From sequence record OR844650.1: a stretch of DNA of 64,000 nucleotides. One strand, given 5' to 3'. Below are positions 16,280-27,168 of this stretch, piece after piece. Numbering within the stretch: position 1 is the stretch's first letter; each line of letters starts with the position of its first letter. The notes under the pieces were generated by a model. It worked only from the letters and a program-made list of their open reading frames with translations. It was not told the DNA's origin and did not search any database. Both the position numbers and the translations under genes were made by a program.

Positions 16280-16310
16280 AAAAGGAGCAACATTTTGTTG
16301 CTCCTTTTTT
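16280..16310. terminator. Bidirectional terminator between convergent genes
   Basis: AAAAGGAGCAAC-loop-GTTGCTCCTTTT. Confidence 0.85.
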
Positions 16311-16311
16311 A

Positions 16312-17912
<1,601 letters not shown>

Positions 17913-17928
17913 ATATTATACCCATAAG

Positions 17929-17953
17929 AAAAGGGATTCTATGAATCCCTTTT
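17929..17953. terminator. Terminator after nrdB
   Basis: AAAAGGGATTC-TAT-GAATCCCTTTT. Confidence 0.8.
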
Positions 17954-17962
17954 AGTTACAAT

Positions 17963-19087
17963 TTATAGTTTGAATGGTGTGAATGTATCTACTTGGATAT
18001 CATTCACAATACCACCAATGATATAAGAACTTATTTCAGTTTCTTGTGGTGCAACTTGTACTGAACCACCACTAACCCAATGCTCAGTCCAAGGTAGTGG
18101 GTTACTCTTAGATACGGTATATGGACATTTAATTCCTAGTGCAGTCATACGCTTAGAACCAATCCAACGAACATATTGTTTTAGGATTTCTGCATTCAGC
18201 CCAATGATTGAACCATCTTTAAAGAGGAAGTCTGCCCAAGCTTCTTCTTGACGGATAGCAGACATAAACATTTCCAGTACTTCATCATAACACTCTTCTG
18301 CTATTTTTACCATATCTGGATCTTCTTTTTTCAGAAGACGTAGAATCATTTGGGTTGCTGCTAGGTGTAGGTTTTCATCACGACAGATTAGACGGATAAT
18401 CTTAGCATTACCTTCCATTAGATTGTTTTCAGCAAACGCCCAAGAACACGCAAAGCTTGCATAAAAACGAACACCTTCAAGAATGTTAATACTATTCAGA
18501 CACAACCAAAGTTTTTTCTTTAGTTCGTACAAACTAATTTCAACTGTTTCACCATTGATTGTATGTGTTCCAACGCCCAATGCACGGTATAAAGTTCCTA
18601 ATACATCAAGTTCATCGTAGTATTTGGAAACATCAGCCGCACAATCTGTGATTTCTGGAATGTCCAACATAGTATCAAATACTTCAGATGGATTAGGATA
18701 AATGTTACGAATAATGTGAGTGTATGATTTGCTATGAATCGCACCTTCAAAGAATGCCCATGTCTCTATAAAGTTCTCTAGTTCAGGTAGAGATGCATAT
18801 GGAAGTAACATTAGGTTTGGACCACGACCTTGTACGGAATCAAGAAGAATTTGACGTTTCAAGTTAGAGGTAAAAATGTGCTTCTCGGAATCATTAAGGT
18901 TGGCAAAATCAATTTTATCTTTAGATACGTCAACTTCACCAGGAGTCCAGAAGAAACTTTTCTGTTGCTCTGTTAGTTTTTCAAGTGTAGAGTATTTGTT
19001 ACTTTCAAAGCGTTGGATATCAACACTTTCATCAAAAAACATATTTTTTTCTAGGTGAGACTTCTCGTTAATTTTGAAAACTGACAT
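17963..19087 (-). CDS. nrdB: Ribonucleotide reductase class Ia beta subunit
   Basis: FFWTPGEVD, QILLDSVQGR, EGAIHSKSY, EGVRFYASF, RDENLH, VAPQETE. Confidence 0.97.
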   Translation of the reverse strand: MSVFKINEKSHLEKNMFFDESVDIQRFESNKYSTLEKLTEQQKSFFWTPGEVDVSKDKIDFANLNDSEKHIFTSNLKRQILLDSVQGRGPNLMLLPYASLPELENFIETWAFFEGAIHSKSYTHIIRNIYPNPSEVFDTMLDIPEITDCAADVSKYYDELDVLGTLYRALGVGTHTINGETVEISLYELKKKLWLCLNSINILEGVRFYASFACSWAFAENNLMEGNAKIIRLICRDENLHLAATQMILRLLKKEDPDMVKIAEECYDEVLEMFMSAIRQEEAWADFLFKDGSIIGLNAEILKQYVRWIGSKRMTALGIKCPYTVSKSNPLPWTEHWVSGGSVQVAPQETEISSYIIGGIVNDIQVDTFTPFKL

Positions 19088-19117
19088 ATATATTCCTTTA
19101 TATATTTTGAAATAATA

Positions 19118-19135
19118 ATCCCGCCGAAGCGGGAT
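19118..19135 (-). terminator. Hairpin with cUUCGg tetraloop between nrdA and nrdB
   Basis: ATCCCGC-TTCG-GCGGGAT on the minus strand. Confidence 0.7.
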
Positions 19136-19141
19136 CTTAAA

Positions 19142-21460
19142 TTAGATTTTACAACTATCACAATCACCTTCATCCAAATCAGGAAGTGATGGTAATACAA
19201 ATTGTCCAGATTCTGGTTTGGCAGCTTCTTTCAGTACTTTTTCAACGTCTACTTCATCTGAACCATCATTTGTATTATGATAATAAAGATTTTTCAAACC
19301 AACTTTATATGCATACATAAGTTCAGTTAGAAGAGTTGACATTGGCAACTTACCATCAGGGAAGTGTATTGGGTTATAACTAGTATTAACACTGATACTT
19401 TGGTCAATGTATTTTTGTAGAACACCACAGATTTGTAGATAACCAATGTTATCTTTCTGATCCCATAGTAAATCATATTTGTTTTTCAACTTATTGATTT
19501 CTGGAACTACTTGTTTAAGAATACCATCCTTAGATAGTTTCTTCGTTACAAGAGAACGTGGCTTTTCAATACCGTTAGTACTGTTACTGATTTGTGCACT
19601 TGTTTCTGCTGGCATTAATGCCATTGTTGTTGCGTTACGAATACCATATTCTTTGATATCGGCACGTAAGGATTCCCAATCTTGTTTTAGTTCTTTAGTT
19701 ACTAATTCATCAATGTCCGATTTATAAGTATCGATTGGAAGGATACCTTTGGCATATTTTAGATTATCAAATCCTTCACACTTACCTTTCTCTTTAGCAA
19801 GCTGTACAGAAGATTTAATTAGATAGTAAGACCATGCCTCGGCCCACTCGTTAACTGTTTCTAGTGCTGCTTCATTATAACGTAAACCACGTTTAGCAAG
19901 GAAGTATGCAAAGTTAATAATACCAACACCTAGTGGACGATACATTTTTGTAGCACGGTCAGCATGAACTACTGGGTAGTCTTGATAGTCTAATAGAGAA
20001 TCAAGAGCACGAACAGAAAGATCACATGCCGTTTCCATATCTTCTGGACGGTCAAAGTTACCCCAGTTGATTGCACTCAATGTACATAAACTAATCAAAC
20101 CTTCCCCAGTATTAATGTCATCAAATGGCAGAGATGGTAGTGCGATTTCTTGACACAAGTTGGATTGTTCAATAGGTGCAATAGATTCAATAAATGTTGA
20201 ATGAGTGTTTGCATGGTCAATATTTTGAATATAGATACGCCCAGTTTCAGCACGCTCAGTCATTAAAGTACTGAATACTTCAACAGCAGGTACGGATTTT
20301 TTACGGATGCTTTGGTCAGCTTCGTATTTTTTATATAACTTTTCAAATTCTTTTTGATCAGAGCAGAATGCTTCATATAGCCCAGGGACTTCATTAGGAC
20401 TAAAGAATGTAATATTCTTTCCATCAACCAAACGTTGATACAAAGTTTTGTTTACTTGGAAACAATAGTCCAGTTGACGCACACGGTTAAACTCAGTACC
20501 TTTGTTATTTTTAAGGACTACCAAGTTATCAAATTCCAAATGCCACAATGGGAAGTGAACAGTTGCTGCACCACCACGAACACCACCTTGTGAACAGCTT
20601 TTAACAGTCTTAGCAGTAGCTGCAATGAACGGAATCAGCCCAGTGTGTACTGCATCACCTGAACGAATCTCGGAGTCCAGAGCACGAATGCGGCCCATAT
20701 TAATACCAAGACCAGCTTTACGTGAAATATAACGTAGAATAGCGTGGTTAGAGGAACCAATACTATCCAAGCTGTCACCAACGTTTAGTACTACACAAGA
20801 GCTAAACTGACGTGTATTTGTACGTAGACCAGCCATAATAGGCGTAGGAAGACTAATGTCAAAGTTACTTACTGCATCATAAAACTTTTTAACATATGAC
20901 ATACGAACAGAACGATCATACTCCATAAAGATGATTGCTGCAATAGTCATATATGCCATTTGTGGAGTTTCATAAATTTTCTTAGTAACGCGATTTTTGT
21001 AAAGGTATTTTCCTTCCCATTGACGCATTGCAACATAAGTAAATTTATCGTCACGTTTATGTTTGATATAACGTCCAAGCTCTTCTATTTCTTGAAGAGT
21101 ATATTTCTCAAGAATTTCAGGATCATATATTTTGGTATCAACCATTTCTTGAAGATGAGCAGTATATTTAATTGGGTCATACTGCCCATATACTTGCTTA
21201 CGAATACTATAGTTTAATAGTCTTCCAGCAACATATTGGTAATTAGGTGTATCTTCTGAAATAAGTTCTGCTGCTGCTTTAATAAGAATATCATGAATAG
21301 TACTAGTTTCAATACCTTCATAAAACTGAAGCTGTGCTCGGATTTCAATTTCAGAAACTGAAATACCACTTAAACCTTCAGCAGCGAAAAATAAAATTTG
21401 ATGGATCTTATCCAATGATAACGGCTCTTTCATTCCATTACGCTTGGTTACGTTAATCAT
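19142..21460 (-). CDS. nrdA: Ribonucleotide reductase class Ia alpha subunit
   Basis: N-terminal ATP cone, TPIMAG...QFSSC, GGVRGG, QSNLCQEI, C-terminal CDSCKI. Confidence 0.97.
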   Translation of the reverse strand: MINVTKRNGMKEPLSLDKIHQILFFAAEGLSGISVSEIEIRAQLQFYEGIETSTIHDILIKAAAELISEDTPNYQYVAGRLLNYSIRKQVYGQYDPIKYTAHLQEMVDTKIYDPEILEKYTLQEIEELGRYIKHKRDDKFTYVAMRQWEGKYLYKNRVTKKIYETPQMAYMTIAAIIFMEYDRSVRMSYVKKFYDAVSNFDISLPTPIMAGLRTNTRQFSSCVVLNVGDSLDSIGSSNHAILRYISRKAGLGINMGRIRALDSEIRSGDAVHTGLIPFIAATAKTVKSCSQGGVRGGAATVHFPLWHLEFDNLVVLKNNKGTEFNRVRQLDYCFQVNKTLYQRLVDGKNITFFSPNEVPGLYEAFCSDQKEFEKLYKKYEADQSIRKKSVPAVEVFSTLMTERAETGRIYIQNIDHANTHSTFIESIAPIEQSNLCQEIALPSLPFDDINTGEGLISLCTLSAINWGNFDRPEDMETACDLSVRALDSLLDYQDYPVVHADRATKMYRPLGVGIINFAYFLAKRGLRYNEAALETVNEWAEAWSYYLIKSSVQLAKEKGKCEGFDNLKYAKGILPIDTYKSDIDELVTKELKQDWESLRADIKEYGIRNATTMALMPAETSAQISNSTNGIEKPRSLVTKKLSKDGILKQVVPEINKLKNKYDLLWDQKDNIGYLQICGVLQKYIDQSISVNTSYNPIHFPDGKLPMSTLLTELMYAYKVGLKNLYYHNTNDGSDEVDVEKVLKEAAKPESGQFVLPSLPDLDEGDCDSCKI

Positions 21461-21506
21461 GTGTCATCCTTGTTTTTTGATGTAAATTTCTTTTTTTAGT
21501 GGAAGA

Positions 21507-21525
21507 AAAAGGCGGGACGCCTTTT
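21507..21525. terminator. Intrinsic terminator
   Basis: AAAAGGCG-GGA-CGCCTTTT. Confidence 0.65.
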
Positions 21526-22105
21526 AAGGTTTGTCCCACCCACGATATACAAATTCTATATGATATCCTGAATTTAAATAATCCGAGTTAACTATGTTAA
21601 ATTGCATATTTCCAGTTGTAGAATCATATGCAGGATCTTCAAATGAGATAGAAATAATTGCGTCAGTTCTATTTGTATTATTTGACTGTGCAATCATCGT
21701 GTTTGTACCAGCAGCTACAATTTGAATAGTTCCTGATTCCAAAACCGTTTCGGTATCATCATATGCAATATAATCGATGAATACTCTACTTTCACTTTCA
21801 AGAATAACTTCTATACTTTCTTGATTTTGTGGAAGATCAACTTTAAACGGTCTGTTAATTATTTTTGATACCGTTCTCCACGGTGAAAATTCTGTAATTA
21901 TTTCTACGTTTTCTTTACCTGAATTTGGATCAGTAGTCCAAGTTCTACCTGCAACTAAGCTGGCGGGGTCAGATGATGATGGAAGGCCAATAAAAACACG
22001 ACCCACATCAGTACTGAATCCTATCTGACCTTTTTCTAATGCATCAGGTAAGTCTCTCTGTTTACCAGTTCTTACTTGTTGTAAAGCAATTTGTTGTTGT
22101 GCCAT
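21524..22105 (-). CDS. Putative virion structural protein
   Basis: N-terminal LEKGQIGFSTDVGRVFIG resembles fibre/tropism-protein N-terminal modules; TAAATA upstream. Confidence 0.5.
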   Translation of the reverse strand: MAQQQIALQQVRTGKQRDLPDALEKGQIGFSTDVGRVFIGLPSSSDPASLVAGRTWTTDPNSGKENVEIITEFSPWRTVSKIINRPFKVDLPQNQESIEVILESESRVFIDYIAYDDTETVLESGTIQIVAAGTNTMIAQSNNTNRTDAIISISFEDPAYDSTTGNMQFNIVNSDYLNSGYHIEFVYRGWDKP

Positions 22106-22133
22106 AAAAACTATCTCCTATAGTATTATAGGA

Positions 22134-22706
22134 TTATTTAGCTTTTTCTTTAACTTCCGCAATACGCTCATTAATTAGTTGAGATACAACTGAGCTATCT
22201 ACAGAAGATAAAATTTGTTCTGGTACTAAAGATTTTAAATGTTTAACATAGTTGGAAACACTTTTAAATTCTTTAGTCTGTAATGCTTCTTTGATAATGT
22301 CCAAATCTTCTTTAGATGAAACAACACGCTCAATAACGACTTCATCTTCTTCCAATTCAGGAGCAAGTTCTTCTGCAATAATTTCAACTTCTTCAGAAAC
22401 TTTAACTTGTTCTTCACTATCAACAACATACTCTTGGATAACTTCTGGTGGTACATTGCGTGATACTTCATCAACACTAATATCTTGTGCAATTTGTTCT
22501 TTAATTTCTTCAACAGGTTTAGCACCACGTTGTTTATAATCTTTGATATTTAGAATTAGCTTATTTGATAAATCAAGTTTATCAATCTCTTCTTCACTAA
22601 GTTTAATTACTTCTTCTAAATCATAACCTTTACTTACTAGTGCACGAATTGTATATAGATCTTGTTTCATTTTTTTATGCTGCTCCATTTGATTCAATTT
22701 CTCCAC
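22134..22706 (-). CDS. Acidic hypothetical protein
   Basis: 190-aa Glu-rich ORF overlapping the exonuclease stop. Confidence 0.65.
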   Translation of the reverse strand: MEKLNQMEQHKKMKQDLYTIRALVSKGYDLEEVIKLSEEEIDKLDLSNKLILNIKDYKQRGAKPVEEIKEQIAQDISVDEVSRNVPPEVIQEYVVDSEEQVKVSEEVEIIAEELAPELEEDEVVIERVVSSKEDLDIIKEALQTKEFKSVSNYVKHLKSLVPEQILSSVDSSVVSQLINERIAEVKEKAK

Positions 22707-23394
22707 GTAAAATATAGTATTGTTCTACACGTTCAATCCACATATTGACTGCATCTTTGAAGTCTTGACCTTCTATGACAAACTCTTGATATTGTAGATT
22801 GTTAGGATCTTTTCTTACACAGATGAAAATCACACCACGTTCTATATTAGTACCAAACATTTGATTATGGGCTAATGCATATGCTGCAATTTGCATACGA
22901 TAATTTTCGATTTGTCCCCACTTCTTAACTTTACGGGAATTTTTATAATCCATAATGGTTGGGATTCCATCATGAACACCTACTAAATCAGTTGTTCCGG
23001 CCCATAAACCTTCATAGTACAATGGGACTTCCTGTCCCCATACTTCATTAATTCTAGGCCATGCTTCTTGCTGAATTTTGTCAGCCATTCTACGTGCAAG
23101 AACTCGAATTGGCATACCGCCTTCATGGTCTGGCTTTCCTTCCAATCTAAATTCCAAGTTCTCATGCATAAAAGTACCAACTGTACATGCTTCTAATGTA
23201 ATCTCATTAGCCTTTTCTTCACCAACAAATTCTCTCCATTTCTTTAAACCTTCGTCATTCGAGGTCGCACTTAGAATTGTTGTTACTGACGGCAGATTAC
23301 CTGTTGGAGTTGAATAAAGGCGACCTTCTGGGCCGCCTTCAATTCTATTGTAACCAACATATGTATATCTGCTAACAATTGGTGGTGTGTACAT
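22675..23394 (-). CDS. PD-(D/E)XK phage exonuclease (RecB/Cas4-like fold)
   Basis: LPSVTTIL, GTFMHENLE, AGTTDLV, IMDYKNS, YRMQIAAYA. Confidence 0.85.
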   Translation of the reverse strand: MYTPPIVSRYTYVGYNRIEGGPEGRLYSTPTGNLPSVTTILSATSNDEGLKKWREFVGEEKANEITLEACTVGTFMHENLEFRLEGKPDHEGGMPIRVLARRMADKIQQEAWPRINEVWGQEVPLYYEGLWAGTTDLVGVHDGIPTIMDYKNSRKVKKWGQIENYRMQIAAYALAHNQMFGTNIERGVIFICVRKDPNNLQYQEFVIEGQDFKDAVNMWIERVEQYYILRGEIESNGAA

Positions 23395-23407
23395 CCGTGT
23401 ACTCCTA

Positions 23408-23436
23408 ATTATAGCATTATATTTTAATTTGTCTCA
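23408..23436 (-). promoter_or_regulatory. Putative middle-type promoter for the exonuclease
   Basis: TGAGAC(AA)-17nt-TATAAT with TGC extension. Confidence 0.7.
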
Positions 23437-23769
23437 GTTTTTTTGTTTATTTGCTGTCACAGCAGCTTTTGTGGCCCAATCTTCAACTTGCTCTTCAGAA
23501 TCTTGCTCGACTTCTTCTGAACCTTCTGCTGAATTTCCTGCAAAAGTTACAACATCAGAATTAGCATCCTGTACAAAAGGAAGGGAATTCAAAATGTCCA
23601 TCATTACATTGTATGGAACATCGATGTTGGTTCTCTTTTTAATTTCAGAAATCAAAGATTGAACATTTACTTCTTCTCGACCCGTGGACACTAAAGACAA
23701 CGCAATAGTAGTAATCATATTGCGTATATCTTTACCAGGAGCCTCTTCAGTAAGATCACGAAATCTCAT
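23434..23769 (-). CDS. Hypothetical protein
   Basis: 111-aa ORF with RBS. Confidence 0.7.
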   Translation of the reverse strand: MRFRDLTEEAPGKDIRNMITTIALSLVSTGREEVNVQSLISEIKKRTNIDVPYNVMMDILNSLPFVQDANSDVVTFAGNSAEGSEEVEQDSEEQVEDWATKAAVTANKQKN

Positions 23770-23785
23770 GTAGAATTGTCCTTAA

Positions 23786-24442
23786 TTATTTTTTAACGTA
23801 TCCTAGAACACGTTTAACTTTCTTTTCATTCTCAGAAAGCCATGTTTTCATTTCTTCTTTTGAACTAAAGTATTTAGTACCCACAGTTCCGCGAATACTT
23901 TCCATTTTTACACCAACTTTACTTGGTTTAACAGATTCTTTCATTTCACGTTCAGTTGGTACTGGCTCAGAGATAATGTCTTCTTCAAAGTCTGCGTCTG
24001 CATCCATATCAAAAGTTGGGGTATCTGCTGCAATATCAATATCAACATCTTCACTTCCAATATCAGAAACATCTGGACCGTCAGTGATATCACCAGTTAG
24101 TTTAAGTGTTTCAGTACTGATTTTGTCTTTTACATCCATTAAGGTAGTAACTGCATGTTGTAGTAGATGGCGAACATTATCACTAAAATTTTGTGCAGCA
24201 TCTAGACCTTGCTCGGCTTTAATACGGTCAAGTAGTGGGCCTAGTACGTCAACACCCATGTTGTTAATAACCTCAGATTGACGTTGGAGTTTATCCACAA
24301 TCTCACCTTTTACTGAAAGAACAATTTCTGCTTTTTCAATATTAGATTCATTTAGTTGAATAAACTTCATAGCTTCTGCACGAGAAGCTGCTTCCATTAG
24401 TTTTTTATATTTTGACATTTGTATTTCCTTATAAAATATCAC
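23786..24442 (-). CDS. Hypothetical, putative head-associated protein (likely start MSKYK at 24418)
   Basis: Acidic linker, LNES and MKES motifs, TAAATA upstream. Confidence 0.6.
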   Translation of the reverse strand: MIFYKEIQMSKYKKLMEAASRAEAMKFIQLNESNIEKAEIVLSVKGEIVDKLQRQSEVINNMGVDVLGPLLDRIKAEQGLDAAQNFSDNVRHLLQHAVTTLMDVKDKISTETLKLTGDITDGPDVSDIGSEDVDIDIAADTPTFDMDADADFEEDIISEPVPTEREMKESVKPSKVGVKMESIRGTVGTKYFSSKEEMKTWLSENEKKVKRVLGYVKK

Positions 24443-24450
24443 TCATTTAT

Positions 24451-25122
24451 TTACTTTATATAACCTTCGCCTTTTAGAAAGTTTAATACACGCTCTTTTA
24501 ATTTATACGCTTCAGCTTTCTTTTCTGCAATAATTATATCTAAATCTTTTGCTTCATCATACTTCGATTCATTAAGTACGCGTTGACGTTTCTGGGCTGC
24601 TTTCAATGCTTCACTAATCACATTCGTGTATTGAAGACCCGAACTGATTATACCAAGTACTTTTGCATCTGTCAACATTCTTCCTTCATTGAGAAGATTA
24701 ACTAATGTAAGTGCTGCTTCATACATCATAATATTATTCATGATAATTTGTGAACTATGATTACACTTAATGCTATAAACTTTAGTAGATTTAGTACCTT
24801 GTACTTTTTCTTCCACTAAACTCCAATTAGTTTTTGGTTTAAGAGGTGCTTGTGATGGTCGTGGCGAAGGTACTGGTGAATTCCCTGATAAATGTTCATT
24901 ATACGGAGAATTGTATTGAACCATATGTGGATGTTGTGGTTCACCATAATCCATACCTGCTTCATTTAATGAAGTTAAAATAGAAGCCATAGCACCGATA
25001 TCACCACCAGTTTTATATGGAACCCCCGATGCGTTATGTGTTTCACCAGCTTCAATGTCATTCAATCCACTTAACAAATCAGCCATCTGATTAACTGATT
25101 GTTGATCATATTCGTAATTCAT
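24451..25122 (-). CDS. Hypothetical protein
   Basis: 223-aa ORF in a coupled cluster. Confidence 0.7.
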   Translation of the reverse strand: MNYEYDQQSVNQMADLLSGLNDIEAGETHNASGVPYKTGGDIGAMASILTSLNEAGMDYGEPQHPHMVQYNSPYNEHLSGNSPVPSPRPSQAPLKPKTNWSLVEEKVQGTKSTKVYSIKCNHSSQIIMNNIMMYEAALTLVNLLNEGRMLTDAKVLGIISSGLQYTNVISEALKAAQKRQRVLNESKYDEAKDLDIIIAEKKAEAYKLKERVLNFLKGEGYIK

Positions 25123-25337
25123 TTACTACTCCTAACTGTTTGGTAAGATTCAGTACCGTCATCATTTTCTATTTTATTTAGAACACCACGTGATACCATC
25201 TTATCAGCTAATTCCTGATAATATTCATTTACCTTTTCAACTGGAACAGTACCGCGTGCTTTTATCTTTTGTAATAGTTTATATTCTTCATTAGAAACCA
25301 TTGTATTGTGACCATGCACATTTAGTACTGTTCTCAT
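25119..25337 (-). CDS. Small hypothetical protein
   Basis: 72-aa ORF with start/stop overlaps on both sides. Confidence 0.7.
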   Translation of the reverse strand: MRTVLNVHGHNTMVSNEEYKLLQKIKARGTVPVEKVNEYYQELADKMVSRGVLNKIENDDGTESYQTVRSSK

Positions 25338-26335
25338 TAACGACCTCGCATACGATGACAGAAATCGATAATTTGGTCTACCATGTCATCATTATCAGAT
25401 TGTGATGTGTTTGCCATAACACTTTCATCACCATAGATATCATCTTCTTTTTCAATATCAGAAATTGCATGTATCATTTCGCCCATACCAGGTGCGTGAT
25501 GTGACAATGGTGATGGTGTATCAGGATTACTATCAGGCTCTAAACTGGAATTAGCCATAAGTTCACTGTTAATTTCTTGTGGAGATTTTTCTTCACGAAT
25601 TGGATTATTTTGATTATCAATAGGATTAACATCACTCAAAGGAAAAACGTTCAACTCATTTGGCTTAGTCCCACTTTTAGTAATAACTAATGATTGCTCC
25701 GGTGTTTGTCCTGGGTCAACACCAACTACAGGTTCAACCGAATCTGTCCCGCTTTGTGTACCAGGAACACTAACTTTCATATTATTAGCATTTCTTTGCA
25801 ACTCAGCTTGTTTCATTTTAGCTTGAGTTTGTGGATTGACTTGTTGTTGACCCTGAGAAACATTCATTTTAGCAATTTGTTTTGCTTGCATTTGTGTGGC
25901 TTGATTTTGTAAATCTTCAAATACAATTGCTTTTAATTCTTGTGTGGTTAGTTTTGTTATATCTGAATATGTATAATTTTTATGATACTCTTCTGCTAAT
26001 TGCTTTAGTGACATTGAATCAACAATACTATGAAGTTCAGTACTTTCATTAATATGTTTGTTAACATTTTTAGTACTAAAATAATTATAACATTCACTCA
26101 TCTGTGCTTTGTATTTTTGTAAAATTTGGAATATTTCACGATTGTCAGAATTATCAATCGCAGAATTTAAAGTGATAAAATCACCTGCATCCATATTATC
26201 AAGAATAACAGAAACATCAACATTCAAATTATGTGCATCTGCGAACTTTTGAAGTTCAGTTGCTGTTTGGTTTATATCCATAATTTCTCCATATAAAATA
26301 AAAAGACCTCTGTCTTGCTTTATGATATTTATCAC
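25337..26335 (-). CDS. Hypothetical protein with Gln-rich low-complexity region
   Basis: 332-aa ORF. Confidence 0.7.
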   Translation of the reverse strand: MINIIKQDRGLFILYGEIMDINQTATELQKFADAHNLNVDVSVILDNMDAGDFITLNSAIDNSDNREIFQILQKYKAQMSECYNYFSTKNVNKHINESTELHSIVDSMSLKQLAEEYHKNYTYSDITKLTTQELKAIVFEDLQNQATQMQAKQIAKMNVSQGQQQVNPQTQAKMKQAELQRNANNMKVSVPGTQSGTDSVEPVVGVDPGQTPEQSLVITKSGTKPNELNVFPLSDVNPIDNQNNPIREEKSPQEINSELMANSSLEPDSNPDTPSPLSHHAPGMGEMIHAISDIEKEDDIYGDESVMANTSQSDNDDMVDQIIDFCHRMRGR

Positions 26336-26337
26336 AA

Positions 26338-26730
26338 TTAAGAAAAGGTCTGTTTGCTGATGCTAATGTTAATATCATCACCAGATGTGATAAATTTTGT
26401 TATTCGTTTTCCATTTAATTCGGTTGGTAGAACCAATGGTATACCATTCAAACGAAGTTCGACATCCATTGGTAATGCGAATTTGAATGTGCTTATGGTA
26501 CATTTTCCCCAAGAAATTGGCATGTTATAAAAAGATGAATTATTATCTTTATATAAATCGACTTCATTTTTAACAACGCTTACCATCATTGGATAGTCAT
26601 ATACCATAATAGCTTCCAACAACCTAGACAAGTTCATAGCACCAGTGAACTTAGAATCTATGATTGTTGGGGTTTTACCATCACCAATATCTACTACAGT
26701 GTGAATTGTGTAGAATGTATATGGTTTCAT
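26338..26730 (-). CDS. Hypothetical protein
   Basis: 130-aa ORF. Confidence 0.7.
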   Translation of the reverse strand: MKPYTFYTIHTVVDIGDGKTPTIIDSKFTGAMNLSRLLEAIMVYDYPMMVSVVKNEVDLYKDNNSSFYNMPISWGKCTISTFKFALPMDVELRLNGIPLVLPTELNGKRITKFITSGDDINISISKQTFS

Positions 26731-26891
26731 TCTTTGTCCTTATCTTTTTTCTCTACGACTTTGTATCCAAAGAAGTTAGTAGGAGGCAATCTACGATGTA
26801 ATGGATAATGTAAACCAGTACTGACTGATGCAATAGCACCTGCTGAAGTAGCTCCAGAAGATGCATTTTCTTTGATATTCTTTTTCTTCAT
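26727..26891 (-). CDS. Small protein carrying a copy of the capsid maturation-site sequence
   Basis: IKENASSGATSAGAIASV resembles major capsid LTESATSGATTAGNIATL; likely start at 26891 (AAGGA RBS). Confidence 0.6.
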   Translation of the reverse strand: MKKKNIKENASSGATSAGAIASVSTGLHYPLHRRLPPTNFFGYKVVEKKDKDKE

Positions 26892-26892
26892 A

Positions 26893-27165
26893 TTAATTTC
26901 CTTTATTACGTTTTTCATCAAGTGCTATATTCTCTAACCCTTTTTGAAACTTTTTATAATCTCGGTTTTTTATACTTAGAAATAAGCGTTTTTTTAAATC
27001 TTCAGCATCAGTTTGGTTAAACTCATCTTCAATGCTCTCCAATAAATGAATCACAGAGTTTATTGCGTGGTCGGCACGATTACTAAAACTCTGTAATGTA
27101 TCTTTCTCTGGTGTATAGTCAACTATACTATCAAGTAGATTCTTTTTATTGGATTTACTAGACAT
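26893..27165 (-). CDS. Hypothetical protein
   Basis: 90-aa ORF. Confidence 0.7.
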   Translation of the reverse strand: MSSKSNKKNLLDSIVDYTPEKDTLQSFSNRADHAINSVIHLLESIEDEFNQTDAEDLKKRLFLSIKNRDYKKFQKGLENIALDEKRNKGN

Positions 27166-27168
27166 TTA

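Noticed and set aside
17963-21460. Group I introns or inteins in nrdA/nrdB (common in T4-like phages)
   Set aside because: Both ORFs are continuous and of normal length
22675-23394. Cas4-like nuclease suggesting a CRISPR system
   Set aside because: No repeat-spacer array or other cas genes, and no Fe-S Cys cluster; it is an ordinary phage PD-(D/E)XK exonuclease
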